Source of the DNA: Gnetum montanum
Taxonomy: Eukaryota > Plantae > Gnetophyta
Assembly: GCA_015680685.1 (NCBI GenBank)
Contig: MNCI01000721.1
Location: 540,266 to 604,257, forward strand
Length of the DNA: 63,992 bases
Direction: 5' to 3'
The translations under genes were made by a program, and so were the position numbers. Each line of letters starts with the position of its first letter. Within the stretch, counting starts at the first letter, position 1. Of this stretch, positions 1 to 11,913 are shown in pieces. The notes below the pieces were generated by a model. It had not been told where the DNA came from and searched no databases. It worked only from the letters and a program-made list of their open reading frames with translations.

Positions 1-579
1 TTACGCTCACTACGCAGCTGTGCGTAACCGTGCATAAATAATGTGTCATTTACGCTCACTACGCAGCCGCGCGTGATGAAGCGCAAACAATGTGCAACTT
101 ACGCTCACTACGCAGCAGCGCGTGATGAAGCGTAAACAATGTGCAACTTACGCTCACTACGCAGCCATGCGTGATGAAGCGTAAACAATGTGCAGCTTAA
201 ATGATGACGTACGTAATGGCATGCACCGCCGCTTAACAAGCGTAAATACACATTACTCCTGCATTGCAAGAAAAAGTGTTGAACTGTTGTGCTTCGCTGG
301 CCTTTGACTATTTTGGAGCTTATCACGCTCATTACGCTGCCGTGCGTAATAGAGCGTAAACTTGTCCTTGAACGAAAAGACTTAGCAGAACACACAGGAA
401 ATCACATATTACGCTGCTTAGGCTTTTCTCTATGCTGGAGCAACTATCTTTTTGATGCTAGGCTACCTCGAAACATCTATCACGCTGAGCGTCATTATGT
501 TATGTCGCGTGATATAGGGTGAACAGCAGAATTTGATGTTGCTCGCTTCCCCTGACTCGCAATTTTTAACGGTGTTTCA
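1..579 (-). repeat. 3' LTR (partial)
   Basis: Matches 15396-15925 with about 10 substitutions plus one extra 49-bp unit. Starts TGAAACACC on the minus strand at 579. Confidence 0.95.
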
Positions 580-592
580 ATGGCCCCTCTTT
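580..592 (-). promoter_or_regulatory. Polypurine tract
   Basis: Minus strand AAAGAGGGGCCAT immediately before the TG of the 3' LTR. Confidence 0.8.
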
Positions 593-1834
593 GTGGACGG
601 TTGGAGGGCTTACCCGAAAGCCGTCGACAAAGAATACGAAACACCGGAGCGGTAGAAGCAAAACAGCGTAGCTCCATGGCCACTCAAGCATTGCTCTGTC
701 CATGTGAAAGAGGAAGACTGACGGGTACCGGAGGTAAAGGGATGTAACTGGAAACAGGTTCGGGGAAGAAATGTACGTTTATTCATGTCAACAGGAATGC
801 TTTCAGACGAGCGTAGCGCGTCGATCTGAGATGTCTCTGTTACAAATTGTAGCAGGAATGCGTGCAAAAGGAGCGTTGTGCATCACTTTTGCGATGTCTC
901 TGCTAGCGTGAATGTGGAAGATGAATACTTGTGTATGTAGGTGTTGCGTATGGGTACCGGGTGGTGGGGATGAAGGAGATAAGAGCTAAGGGTAGGATTG
1001 TGCGAGGTATGGACATGCAGGGCCAAGTGGTCAGGCAAACCTGAGTAGCCATTTCAACACGCTGTTGTACTTCACCGCTCAGGCGGATGCACCTTTGGAC
1101 AACATCCTTCGAGGCAGGCAACCTGCAACCACAAAAGAAAGCAGAGGACACCATTGCTCATGAACAAGAGGCGAGGTGCTTGAAACAAACACCGTTTGAT
1201 GTGGGGTAGAGCGCATGAGCTGTAAAGAAGGGGCCGGAGCACTCGGGCGGAGCCGCCAATCCTGACGATCGGCGCTGCATACCTTCGCCAAATGGCATCA
1301 NNNNNNNNNNNNNNNNNNNNNNNNNNNNNNNNNNNNNNNNNNNNNNNNNNNNNNNNNNNNNNNNNNNNNNNNNNNNNNNNNNNNNNNNNNNNNNNNNNNN
1401 NNNNNNNNNNNNNNNNNNNNNNNNNNNNNNNNNNNNNNNNNNNNNNNNNNNNNNNNNNNNNNNNNNNNNNNNNNNNNNNNNNNNNNNNNNNNNNNNNNNN
1501 NNNNNNNNNNNNNNNNNNNNNNNNNNNNNNNNNNNNNNNNNNNNNNNNNNNNNNNNNNNNNNNNNNNNNNNNNNNNNNNNNNNNNNNNNNNNNNNNNNNN
1601 NNNNNNNNNNNNNNNNNNNNNNNNNNNNNNNNNNNNNNNNNNNNNNNNNNNNNNNNNNNNNNNNNNNNNNNNNNNNNNNNNNNNNNNNNNNNNNNNNNNN
1701 NNNNNNNNNNNNNNNNNNNNNNNNNNNNNNNNNNNNNNNNNNNNNNNNNNNNNNNNNNNNNNNNNNNNNNNNNNNNNNNNNNGGACGCGTGCAAAAGATG
1801 CCAGTTTTTCGTCTTGGCGGACCTGTTCAACAGT

Positions 1835-2086
1835 GCCAGTTTTACGTCGTAGCGGACGGTCACCATTTACCAGTTTAGCGTCGTGGCGAATGCGTGCAAG
1901 GCATGCCAGTTTGACGTCGTAGCGGACGGTCCGTGCCAGTTTTACGTCGTAGCGGACGTTCAGTGCTAGTTTCACGTCGTAGCGGACGTTCAGTGTCAGT
2001 TTTACGTCGTAGCGGACGTTCAGTGCCAGTTTTACGTCGTAGCGGACGTTCAGTGCCAGTTTTACGTCGTAGCGGACGCTCAGTTC
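1835..2086. repeat. 30-bp tandem repeat array in the INT-to-PPT region
   Basis: Repeated unit gtgccagttttacgtcgtagcggacgttca, bounded by N gaps. Confidence 0.9.
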
Positions 2087-2177
2087 CNNNNNNNNNNNNN
2101 NNNNNNNNNNNNNNNNNNNNNNNNNNNNNNNNNNNNNNNNNNNNNNNNNNNNNNTGCTATCGACACCATAGATGCTG

Positions 2178-3447
2178 CTAGATAAAATACCGCTTTAAGT
2201 ACACATGATTCACAGGATTTGCTAACTCGCCGCCGTTGACATCTGCCAATTTGAACGCTCCGTTGTCGTATGCGTCGATCACCAAGAAAGGGCCTTCCCA
2301 GTTTGCAGAGAACTTGCCTACTGGTTCACGTACAGCTTTGAGAACCAGATCTCCTTTCTTGATCGGACGCTGCTGAAGATTATGATGATGCTTTTGCCTC
2401 TACTTATCCTAATATTTCTCAATTGCCTCAAGAGCCTGTATCCTCTTCTCTTCTAATGATTCCAAATCCATTATCCGAGCTTCAGTGTGTTGAGCCTCAT
2501 TTATAATGGTGGAGAGGACCATTCTCAGAGAAGGAATTTGCAATTCGAGAGGTAGCACTGCCTCAGATCCATAAACCAAGCTATAGGGCGTACTGCCTGT
2601 AGCTGTCCTACACGTAGTACGATATGCCCATAGCACGTAGAGGATCTGTTCATGCCACCGCCTTTTGTTGCAATCGAGCACTTTCTTGAGCAGATTGATA
2701 ATTATCTTGTTAGATGCTTCAGCTTGACCATTTGCCTGCGGGTAATAAGGAGAGGAAAAAGATTGCCTGATGCCAAGGTTGTCACAGAAGGATTTGGTAT
2801 CCGTGCTACTAAACTGTGGCCCATTATCGGTCACAATAGTCATCGGGAGGCCAAATCGGGTTACGATGTTGTCCAAGATAAAATGGCAAACCTGTTGGGA
2901 CGTGATTTTCTGCAGGGGGACAGCTTCTACCCACTTCATAAAGTACTCAGTAGCAGTAATAATGAAGCTATGTCCTGCAGAAGATTTTGGCGTGATGGGT
3001 CCTATGATGTCCAGTCCCCATCGTTGGAATGGCCATGTTATCTATGTCGTGTGTAATTCTGTAGGTGACACGTGGATGAGGTTTGCGTGACGTTGACACG
3101 TGTCACACGTCTTAACCTTTGTCAAGTAATCTCCTTCCATACGTGGCCAATAGTACCCTAAGCGCCGGATTTTTAGGGCCATGGCCCGTGGTGCTATGTG
3201 GCCACCGCACAGTCCTTCGTGAACCTCGTTGACTATGTGATGTGCTTGGTCTTTGTTAATGCAGGTGAGCAATACGCCATCGAAGGAGCGTCTACAGAGA
3301 GTGCTGTCTCCGATGATGACGTAGTGCTTAGCCCGCTTGCGGATTGCATCTTTCTGTGCGCGCGTTAATGTAGATGACAGCTCACCTTGCAAAAGATAAG
3401 TTTTGATATGATCGTACCATTCAGGCGTGCTCGCCTCGGTAAGAGAG
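2178..3447 (-). pseudogene. Ty3/Gypsy integrase (zinc-binding, core and GPY/F modules), with in-frame stops
   Basis: HEGLCGGH...GYYWP...CDTCQRH; WPFQRWGLDIIGP; IVTDNGPQF; YYPQANGQAEASNK; GKFSANWEGPF. Confidence 0.95.
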
Positions 3448-3743
3448 NNNNNNNNNNNNNNNNNNNNNNNNNNNNNNNNNNNNNNNNNNNNNNNNNNNNN
3501 NNNNNNNNNNNNNNNNNNNNNNNNNNNNNNNNNNNNNNNNNNNNNNNNNNNNNNNNNNNNNNNNNNNNNNNNNNNNNNNNNNNNNNNNNNNNNNNNNNNN
3601 NNNNNNNNNNNNNNNNNNNNNNNNNNNNNNNNNNNNNNNNNNNNNNNNNNNNNNNNNNNNNNNNNNNNNNNNNNNNNNNNNNNNNNNNNNNNNNNNNNNN
3701 NNNNNNNNNNNNNNNNNNNNNNNNNNNNNNNNNNNNNNNNNNN

Positions 3744-5130
3744 GATTGGGCATTTCCGACCCATCATCCCTCTTTTGACAAAGCAACGCTGCTATTGCTA
3801 CGTCCGAAGTTGCAAGGTAAATAAAAAAAGTCAGATCCCGTTGTGGCGGGAAAACCGTCGGCAAATGTTGCAGTTCTTGTTTTAAACTATCAAACGCACG
3901 TTGGCAATCGTCAGTCCATTCAAAATTAACCCCCTTTTTCAGTAAATGTTGCATACGGTGTAATTTGTCGGTTAACCTCAAAATGAATCTGCGTATAAAC
4001 TGTAAGCGTCCCTGTAACCCGCGTAATTACTTGAGGTCTGTGGGAGGTCTTAACTCGACAATGGCTTTGACCTTGTCAGGGTCAACTCGTATGCCGGTTT
4101 CTGATACCACAAACCCCAGCATGCGTCCGGTTTTGACTCTGAATACACACTTCTTTGGGTTAAGCCGGAGCTCATGTGTGGAGCATCTTTTAAGGACTAA
4201 CTCCAGGTCCTCTGAATGATCGTCCGACTTCAAAGACTTCACAGCTATGTCGTCTACATAATCATTCAGCCTTCCTAGGAGGTAATCACTAAAGATGTAT
4301 GTCATGGCACGTTGATACGTCGCTCCTGCGTTTTTCAGACCAAAAGGCATCATGGTGTAGCAAAACGTCCCCCAGGGTGTCATGAACGTTGTGGTCAACT
4401 GATGTTCTGGGTTAATGCGAATCTGGTTATAGCCTGAAAAGCCATCCATGAAGGACAGAAGCGCATGCCCAGCTGTTGTATCCACTAGCTGGTCGATACT
4501 TGGCAACGGGAAGTTATCCTTGATTGTGGCTTTGTTCAAATCCCGGAAGTCTATGCATATGCGTATGCTCCCGGTCTTCTTCGGCACGACCACAATGTTA
4601 GATACCCAGTCTGAATAATCGACTGCGCGGATGAAACCAGCCTGGTATAGCTTAGTTATTTCATCACGCACCGCTAGCGCGATCTCTGGTTTGATCTTGC
4701 GTGCTTTTTGCCTAACCGCTTTAACCTGTGGGTCGAGGATAATGTTATGCTGGATTAATCTAGGATCTAACCCAGGCATATCCTCATATGACCATGCAAA
4801 GACAGTAATGTTGTCTTGCAAGACCTGTTTTACTGCGTTGTGCGTTTTCTCGTCTAACAAAGAACTGACCTTGAGTATTTTAGTCTCACCCCTATGCATA
4901 ACGATAGGGACCTCACTGAGGGGGTCCTCGGTTATGTCCCTAGCTTCCAGGTCTAGCGTGCACGTTGACTGTTCTGGCCATTCTGGGGACGTCTCTGACG
5001 CAGCTATGGTTACGCTTTCTAAAGGGGGGTTATCGTCTACTAGTGCAGAGTCCAACTGTCTTGTTAAGTTCCCGTATGGGCCTGTCAAAATTAATGGTGC
5101 TAAAACTATGGCATCCATTCTCTGTCTGTC
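3744..5130 (-). pseudogene. Reverse transcriptase plus start of RNase H; one TAA stop at 4027
   Basis: RICIDFRDLNKA, SFMDGFSGYNQI, MPFGLKNAGATYQR, YVDD; FEWTDDCQRAF; IYLATSDVAIAALL. Confidence 0.95.
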
Positions 5131-5573
5131 CTGCAAAACTAGCAAGTGCGTAAATGGTTAGGGGACAAGTGACGTGATGTCGCCAAACGTGGAAGGCTAA
5201 CTGAATCTTGAGTAATATGAACAAGGCTTGTAATCAATGTAACCCGATTACGAGGCGATAAGATGTGGTAGTTTAACGTCATTTCGGACAGTGGCGTGTG
5301 CGATATCGGTCGAATTAATACAGGATTTTTGGATTCCGTTTCAGGAAAGTTCCGCTTAAATCTGATATCAAGTCGGCGATCCTCGCGTATAAGTAAGTGA
5401 TTTTTCGATAAGAAGCGGTTGTTGGCAATCGTGAATTTGAATTTGCAAGGAAGAGCAGAGAAAAGGGAGAGCAGAGAAAAAGAAGAGCCGAGAGAAAGAA
5501 GAGCCGAGAGCTAGGGCATGGAACCCTGCGAGGATTTGCAAGTAGGCTGTGAAGAAGTTCTACAACTATCGTG

Positions 5574-8500
5574 ATGGCACCGAAGGCGAAGAGGAAGAAT
5601 ACGAAACTGGCTAAAATTGACGAAGTGCAGGGGAATTTGAACCGTGTCTCGCAGGCGCTGATCGATGTTTGCGACCCGACGTCTTTTAGCCGGTAGGTCA
5701 TTCTTCTCGTGCTTACGCTTGTTCTATGTATCTATTTTGTTTTTTCTTGAATGCGTTTTGCGTGAATGCGAATGTCAAAATTGCGGACCTCGGGTTAATG
5801 CGAGGGTTTTGGTGAGGTTGCGTTTATCGCCGTTGTCAGGGAAAAACCTTGCGTTGTTGCAAGGGTTTAGGCAATTTTTGGCCTGGTTGCGTTTTGCGAG
5901 TTCTGTGTTAGCTGTGCAAATGTAGATGTAGGTGTTAATGAGTCTTGGACTTTTCCCTACAGCATCGCGCTGAAGCCCATCTTGATTGTGCTGGACATCG
6001 TTGGGGTTTTATGCTGGGTGAACCCTATCGTCCCAAATGTTCCTCCCCCTCACACAAGAGTGCAGGGGAAGGCCATTTGGTTNNNNNNNNNNNNNNNNNN
6101 NNNNNNNNNNNNNNNNNNNNNNNNNNNNNNNNNNNNNNNNNNNNNNNNNNNNNNNNNNNNNNNNNNNNNNNNNNNNNNNNNNNNNNNNNNNNNNNNNNNN
6201 NNNNNNNNNNNNNNNNNNNNNNNNNNNNNNNNNNNNNNNNNNNNNNNNNNNNNNNNNNNNNNNNNNNNNNNNNNNNNNNNNNNNNNNNNNNNNNNNNNNN
6301 NNNNNNNNNNNNNNNNNNNNNNNNNNNNNNNNNNNNNNNNNNNNNNNNNNNNNNNNNNNNNNNNNNNNNNNNNNNNNNNNNNNNNNNNNNNNNNNNNNNN
6401 NNNNNNNNNNNNNNNNNNNNNNNNNNNNNNNNNNNNNNNNNNNNNNNNNNNNNNNNNNNNNNNNNNNNNNNNNNNNNNNNNNNNNNNNNNNNNNNNNNNN
6501 NNNNNNNNNNNNNNNNNNNNNNNNNNNNNNNNNNNNNNNNNNNNNNNNNNNNNNNNNNNNNNNNNNNNNNNNNNNNNNNNNNNNNNNNNNNNNNNNNNNN
6601 NNNNNNNNNNNNNNNNNNNNNNNNNNNNNNNNNNNNNNNNNNNNNNNNNNNNNNNNNNNNNNNNNNNNNNNNNNNNNNNNNNNNNNNNNNNNNNNNNNNN
6701 NNNNNNNNNNNNNNNNNNNNNNNNNNNNNNNNNNGGCAAATCGGCCACGAGATGCGTGAGTATCACACCCGTTATGAGTAGTCTTTCAAGAATTTCCAGG
6801 GACTCGGGTGGCTGCACAAGGACTGGACCCTGGATCCGCCCCTCAGCGCCGAGGACGTGGAGAGAGAACTCCCACAATTCCCGTTGACGTTTGGCCCCGA
6901 TAAGGTTGCCGCGTGTTTTAATGTTGCTTGCGTAGTTGTGAGTTATGAACACTGCGAATGAACACTGCGATAATATTTCTGTTTTGTCTTGCGTTTCTGA
7001 CTTGCGTTTTTTGCTTACAGTCAGGGAATCCCGAGAGATTACCCTTACACTTTCCGGCCGCAAGGTGAGGGATGTCCTCTTTCGTTACGGGGACATCAAG
7101 GAGGCACAGCATTGGCTCGGCCACTCGGCGGCCCCAGTTGCAGTGGTCACCAAGATCCAGGCCGTAGGGCTAATGCACTTGTTTTTGGCGGTAACCCCTG
7201 ATGTCCCTGCCAGCGAGATGATAGGCCTGGTCAACTCCTTCAGCGAGAAGGCGGATCATTTCAGCACGCACGTGCATAACGTGCGTGTAAACTTTGATAT
7301 CAACGCTCAGCTCTTCTCAGACCTGTTTGGCATCCCCTCCAGCGGCCTTCCCGTAAAAGTGAAGACCACGAGGGGCATCAGAGTGGAGGAGCTTCTGCAG
7401 GAGTGGGCAAGAATCCCTAAGGGGATCAAGGGGTTTCCTTGTGAGCAATTCGAGTTGAAGACCGCCAAGACGCTTTATCCCTTTTTTCGGGCCCGGACCT
7501 TCCCCAAAACGCTCTCGCAGGCGAGGTTCTTTTCAGTAGAACAAATGCGTATTATGCGAGAGGTGTTGGAGGAGGGAGCCCATTTTGATTGGGGGAGCCA
7601 TCTTGCCAAGGGGTTGCGGAATGAAATGGTCAAGCTTCGCAAGAAGCTTGAGTCCCACTTCAACGTGCACCATGCCTTTTTCATAGCCGTCCTCCAGCGG
7701 TTTGCCGAGTATCTGGTCGTTCAAAGGAATGGGGTCTGGGTACAGCAAGACCGAGACCAACTATCCAAACCTTGGATTGCCCACATCCTTAGCACTACCC
7801 GTGGGCAGGATCCACCGGAAGGGATCGGAGAGTCGATGTCTGTGACAACTAAAGGCATGACGGCACCCCGAGTGCGAGGTCTCGACAGTGTAGGCGGGAT
7901 AATGCCTACCTACCCCTGCGATGCCTCGTGGGGGAAGCACTTGGCGGAGGAAATCGTGGAGCCTGCAGCTCGACGGAAGAGGCTCCGTCTGGCTGAGGCC
8001 CCTGGAGGTGAGGCAGGCCACACCGTTAGACTCACGGTGCAGCGGACCAAGCAGCCACCTGGTAAGTGTAAACAGTCTGTATATGTAATGTTTCATCTAA
8101 ATAAGCTGGAATTATATCCTAACGCAAGGGGATGTAAGCAGCAAGAACGACAGGGCACTTGACCCCTGAGACAGGGGCGATAGTACTAAGCCGTGGGGAG
8201 GGGGCTTCAATTTTGGAAGAAGAGGCCCCAGCTGTTAATACGAGCCATGTGGAGATTCCAGTGCGTGAGGCGGCCCCAGCTGTTGGTGGAAGCCGCATAC
8301 AGACTAGGGTGCGTGAGGAGGCCCCAGCTACTGGAACCAGTGACGCACAGACTCCGGTGCGTGAAAGGGAAAGAAATACGGAGGATGCTGATGAAGTCGC
8401 TACTGGCACCGGTAGAGGTAATGAGTGTGTTAGCGTATTTTGAAAGAATCTGTAAATAGGTAATGTCTAACCTGATTTACGCTATAGGGGAAGGAGATGC

Positions 8501-9828
8501 TTCAACGTCTGCTGCTGTTAACAAAACGTGGAGAGACTTCCCCGATAAGTTTGCCTTCATGGAAGGCGTCATCAACGACATGATCGAGCGTCTGGAATGC
8601 ATCGAACCTGGCGCTGGTGAGTTAATCGAAGTGACTGCGTAATGTCTTGGTGATAATATGTCATCTGTCTTGATGCTTGTTTTCTGTCAAGAGCTCACCT
8701 CCGATGGGATCCCGCGGAGCCCATTGTCCTAGGCACAGCGGAGCCCCCATCTGATGGGGCAGTCGTGCCACGCCGCATTTATGAGGAAATGCGTAAATGT
8801 GCGTTACGCTCGACACGCTCCGTATGGGAAAGCAGGAATGTCAATGAGGACCTATGGAAGAAGCTGCAACGATCAGAAGAAAGGGTTGAATCCTTGACTA
8901 AGGAAGTCGAGGACCTGAGGGCGCGGTATGAGTTCCTACAGGCTCGAGTGACAGGGGACGAAGACTGGCGTACTGCTGTTATTGATCACTCCCGCTATTG
9001 GACAGCCATCAAGAACAGCGTACAGACCAGTCGAGCGTTAGTAGAGCAAAGGATGCAAATAGAGCTCCTAGCTCAGAAAAGTCGAGACTGGAGGGACTAC
9101 TGCACGGGCGTGCAAGAATGGGGGCAGAAAGAGAAGGACCACAAGCACGTGTACAAAAGGGAAAGCGCCGCCTACAGAAAACGCGACCGCGATTCTGCTG
9201 TTAAAGCTCGATCCCTGGAGGTCTTCATGGACACCATCGGAGCGTCTGAAGCTTTCAAGAAGTTTGAGGAGCAGGTGACTGTAACTACGTCCCCAGAGAG
9301 GGCAATGGTCTTCCCTGGGAATCAAGCTTCAATCCCTACTTTCTTCCCAAATCCTCCCTCTTGGAGTAGCGTGGAGAAAGGGAAGGTGAAAGCAGGGGCA
9401 GCTTCGGGCGAGGATGGGTGGCAAGACCTAACAGAAGACGAGATCATGCAGCGTCTGTGGGCCGGTTTGGACAAGCTTCCCTTTGCTGTGGAAGTAGGGT
9501 CGTCCCGAGTAAGTTTACGCATGACTTATTTCCTGACTAGTGTTGTTTATTCTAATTGTTTTTATGTTCTTTGGCCTAGGTACCAGAAGGAGGTAGAGAA
9601 GATACGTCAGCTGAAGAGCTGGGAAAGGAAACAGTGGAAGCGGAAGTGGAACGAAGTGATGAAGGGCGTCCTCTTGTGAAGCCAATGCCGGAACGAGAGC
9701 CTCATGAAGAAGCAATCTTTCATGAAGGGGTAATTCCCAGAAACGATGGCCCACTGGAGGATGACCTTTTGGGACTAGATCTAGAGTTGAAGGACACTGG
9801 TGATAGTGGCAGCAGGGGAAATACATAA
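5574..9828 (+). CDS. Spliced extra gene antisense to gag-pol, inside the PR-RT spacer. Exons about 5574-5692, 5963-(gap)-6904, 7021-8061, 8142/8154-8417, 8488-8616, 8691-9508, 9580-9828
   Basis: MAPKAKRK start. Donors at 5693, 8062 (GTAAGT), 8418, 8617 (GTGAGT) and 9509 (GTAAGT), with acceptors that keep frame across the listed + strand ORFs. The 7021-8061 exon resembles plant retroelement extra-ORF (Transposase_32-like) proteins; the 8691-9508 exon looks coiled-coil. The 6904/7021 junction phase is unresolved and the 8690 acceptor appears mutated (CAG>CAA). Confidence 0.75.
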
Positions 9829-9927
9829 TTTTGTTGGTGTTGGTGTAATATCAGTTTACAAATGAATTGAAAAGACATGTTATAAGACTTAATTGAATGT
9901 TAACTGCCTATCATGGAGCGTAAGTCT

Positions 9928-10280
9928 TAGCTTAAGGCCGTTGCGGGCCGGAAGCGTAACATGAAGGAAGCGTAAACTGCGATTGTAGATAGCTAGTTTA
10001 AGGCCATTACAGGCTGAGAGCGTAAAATAACTAGTTTAAGGCCATTGCGGGCTGAGAGCGTAAAATAACTAGTTTAAGGCCATTGCGGGCCGAGATATAA
10101 ATTTGCGTAAAGTAGCTGCTAGTTTAAGGCCGTTGCGGGCCAGCACATGAATTTGCGTAAATGAGCTAGTTTAAGGCCGTTGCGGGCCGACTGCGTGAAG
10201 TAGTTACTAGTTTAAGGCCATTGCGGGCTGACTGTATAAATTGTAAATTAGCTACTAGTTTAAGGCCGTTGTGGGCCATC
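9928..10280. repeat. Degenerate array of ctagtttaaggcc(a/g)ttgcgggc units, about 8 copies
   Basis: Core motif recurs every ~40-55 bp between the antisense gene stop and the protease ORF stop. Confidence 0.85.
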
Positions 10281-10488
10281 TGTATAAATTGTAACAAAAT
10301 GTAACTCTGGACATATGCGTAAAGAAATGAGGATGCGTAACTAACGTGCGTATGAGAACACATGCAAAGACAAAAATGCAAAACGTAAATACTGAAGGCG
10401 AATGTTGCGTAAAAGCATACTGAAACAAAGGAAATTGTTGGATGGATGAGCATGATAACTTACATGAGTATACGCAAAAGACCTTCGT

Positions 10489-11913
10489 TCAACAGTCAAT
10501 ACGCAATTGTCTCCTAGCGGCTTTTACGTTAAACGCTGCGTAAGGGCGAGGAGGTTTGCAGTTCGACTCCTCTATACTGTCATCCGGAAATGGCAGGTTG
10601 GCCCAGGCTACACCGTCATCATTGTCATTGTTCTGTTCAGGGGCTTGGAGATGGGACTGATTGTCAGCCGTTTCGACCTCTGAACCCCGTTCTTCTTCAA
10701 TGTTGTTAACGGTCCTGGGGGTGACCTCGTCGCCGCGTATGATAACCTCCCCTCCGGCATAGGGTAGGTGTATCTCCTGATGGATCGGCGACGAGACCGC
10801 CCTCAGCTGGGCTAACCACGACCTCCCTAAGATTAAGTTGAAGCCTGGCATCTCCTCGACGACTAAGAATGTGGCTTCCGTTGGGAACTGATTCCCCGCC
10901 ACAAACTCAATACGCACCGTCCCCTTGACCTGAACCCGTGCTCCATTGAATGATTTTACGCAGGCTGTCGTCGTGGGAGTGATCTGGTCGACCAACCCCA
11001 ACCTATCTACGATGGAATAGGGAACGACATTAGCAGCTGCGCCATCATCCACGTGCACCCTCCGGATCCGGTACTGGCCGACCCGAATGGTAATGAACAT
11101 AGGCTCCGTCGTTACTTGACCCTTTTCCGGATCATCTTTAACAGACTCGTCCAGGAAGGTCAACGAGGTGGGCTTGGGTTGTTCAGCTTCAGGAGGAAAC
11201 ATGATAGCGTGTATCGCTTCCTCTTCCGCCGGCAAGCTGGCGTCCACTGATATGGACGTCAACATGCGTACCATAGCCTCGCGGTGTTCTCGAGAAGTTA
11301 TCAAGAGGTCGTACAAGCTCAGCGTTGTGTTCTTCTGCTTAAGAGCTTGTTTAACCTGCGTGAACACATCGAGGAGGTCCTTCTCCCGGCAGAGTTGTTT
11401 ATTCCCCTTGTCCTCCTCCATTCGGCCCAAGAGACGGATCTCTCGAGGCGGAGCGGTGTCAGCAGAGGGGTTGTTCTTCTTCCTACCAAGAGAAGAGGGC
11501 TGCGTTTCTGTACCTTTAGCCTGCTTCGAGGGCATGGACAAGGGCACAGAGGCCAGGGGCCTAGGCTTAGGAAATCCAAGCGTAGAGTTGTCGTTCGTCG
11601 CGCTAGCTCCGGTGTTCTCCTCCTTTCGCTTGGGAGGCGATGACTGATAGTGTTGGCTGGAGGTCTGCCCCTGTGTGAGAGGAGCAGCCTGTGGTTTTGG
11701 GGCCCTAATGATGAAGGGTGCTCTCGGTGTGGGCGCAGCCGAAGCCGCAGCTTGGGTAGTAACGTGTGACTGAGGTCGTACCTGAGAAGGCGCCCGTATG
11801 ATGAACGGCGGCCGTGAGACTCCACCTGCTGCCGAAGAAGTAGTTGGCCCCCTTTGTGGGCTAGCGAGCACACGCAAAACGAAAGGTTGTTTTGGTGGTC
11901 CTTTACGCTCACT
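10489..11913 (-). CDS. Gag C-terminal region plus retropepsin (aspartic protease)
   Basis: IRRVHVDDGAAANVVPY and FNLILGRSWL motifs; LSLYDLLITSREHREAM pre-protease motif typical of Tat/Ogre. Confidence 0.9.
   Translation of the reverse strand, partial: SERKGPPKQPFVLRVLASPQRGPTTSSAAGGVSRPPFIIRAPSQVRPQSHVTTQAAASAAPTPRAPFIIRAPKPQAAPLTQGQTSSQHYQSSPPKRKEENTGASATNDNSTLGFPKPRPLASVPLSMPSKQAKGTETQPSSLGRKKNNPSADTAPPREIRLLGRMEEDKGNKQLCREKDLLDVFTQVKQALKQKNTTLSLYDLLITSREHREAMVRMLTSISVDASLPAEEEAIHAIMFPPEAEQPKPTSLTFLDESVKDDPEKGQVTTEPMFITIRVGQYRIRRVHVDDGAAANVVPYSIVDRLGLVDQITPTTTACVKSFNGARVQVKGTVRIEFVAGNQFPTEATFLVVEEMPGFNLILGRSWLAQLRAVSSPIHQEIHLPYAGGEVIIRGDEVTPRTVNNIEEERGSEVETADNQSHLQAPEQNNDNDDGVAWANLPFPDDSIEESNCKPPRPYAAFNVKAARRQLRIDC

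Noticed and set aside
108-522. Short ORFs repeated at 15454-15868
   Set aside because: Incidental frames inside the two LTR copies.
2652-5161. Plus-strand ORFs over RT and integrase
   Set aside because: Antisense shadows of pol.
9928-10280. CRISPR-like repeat/spacer appearance
   Set aside because: Spacers are related to each other and uneven, the context is a eukaryotic retrotransposon, and there are no cas genes.
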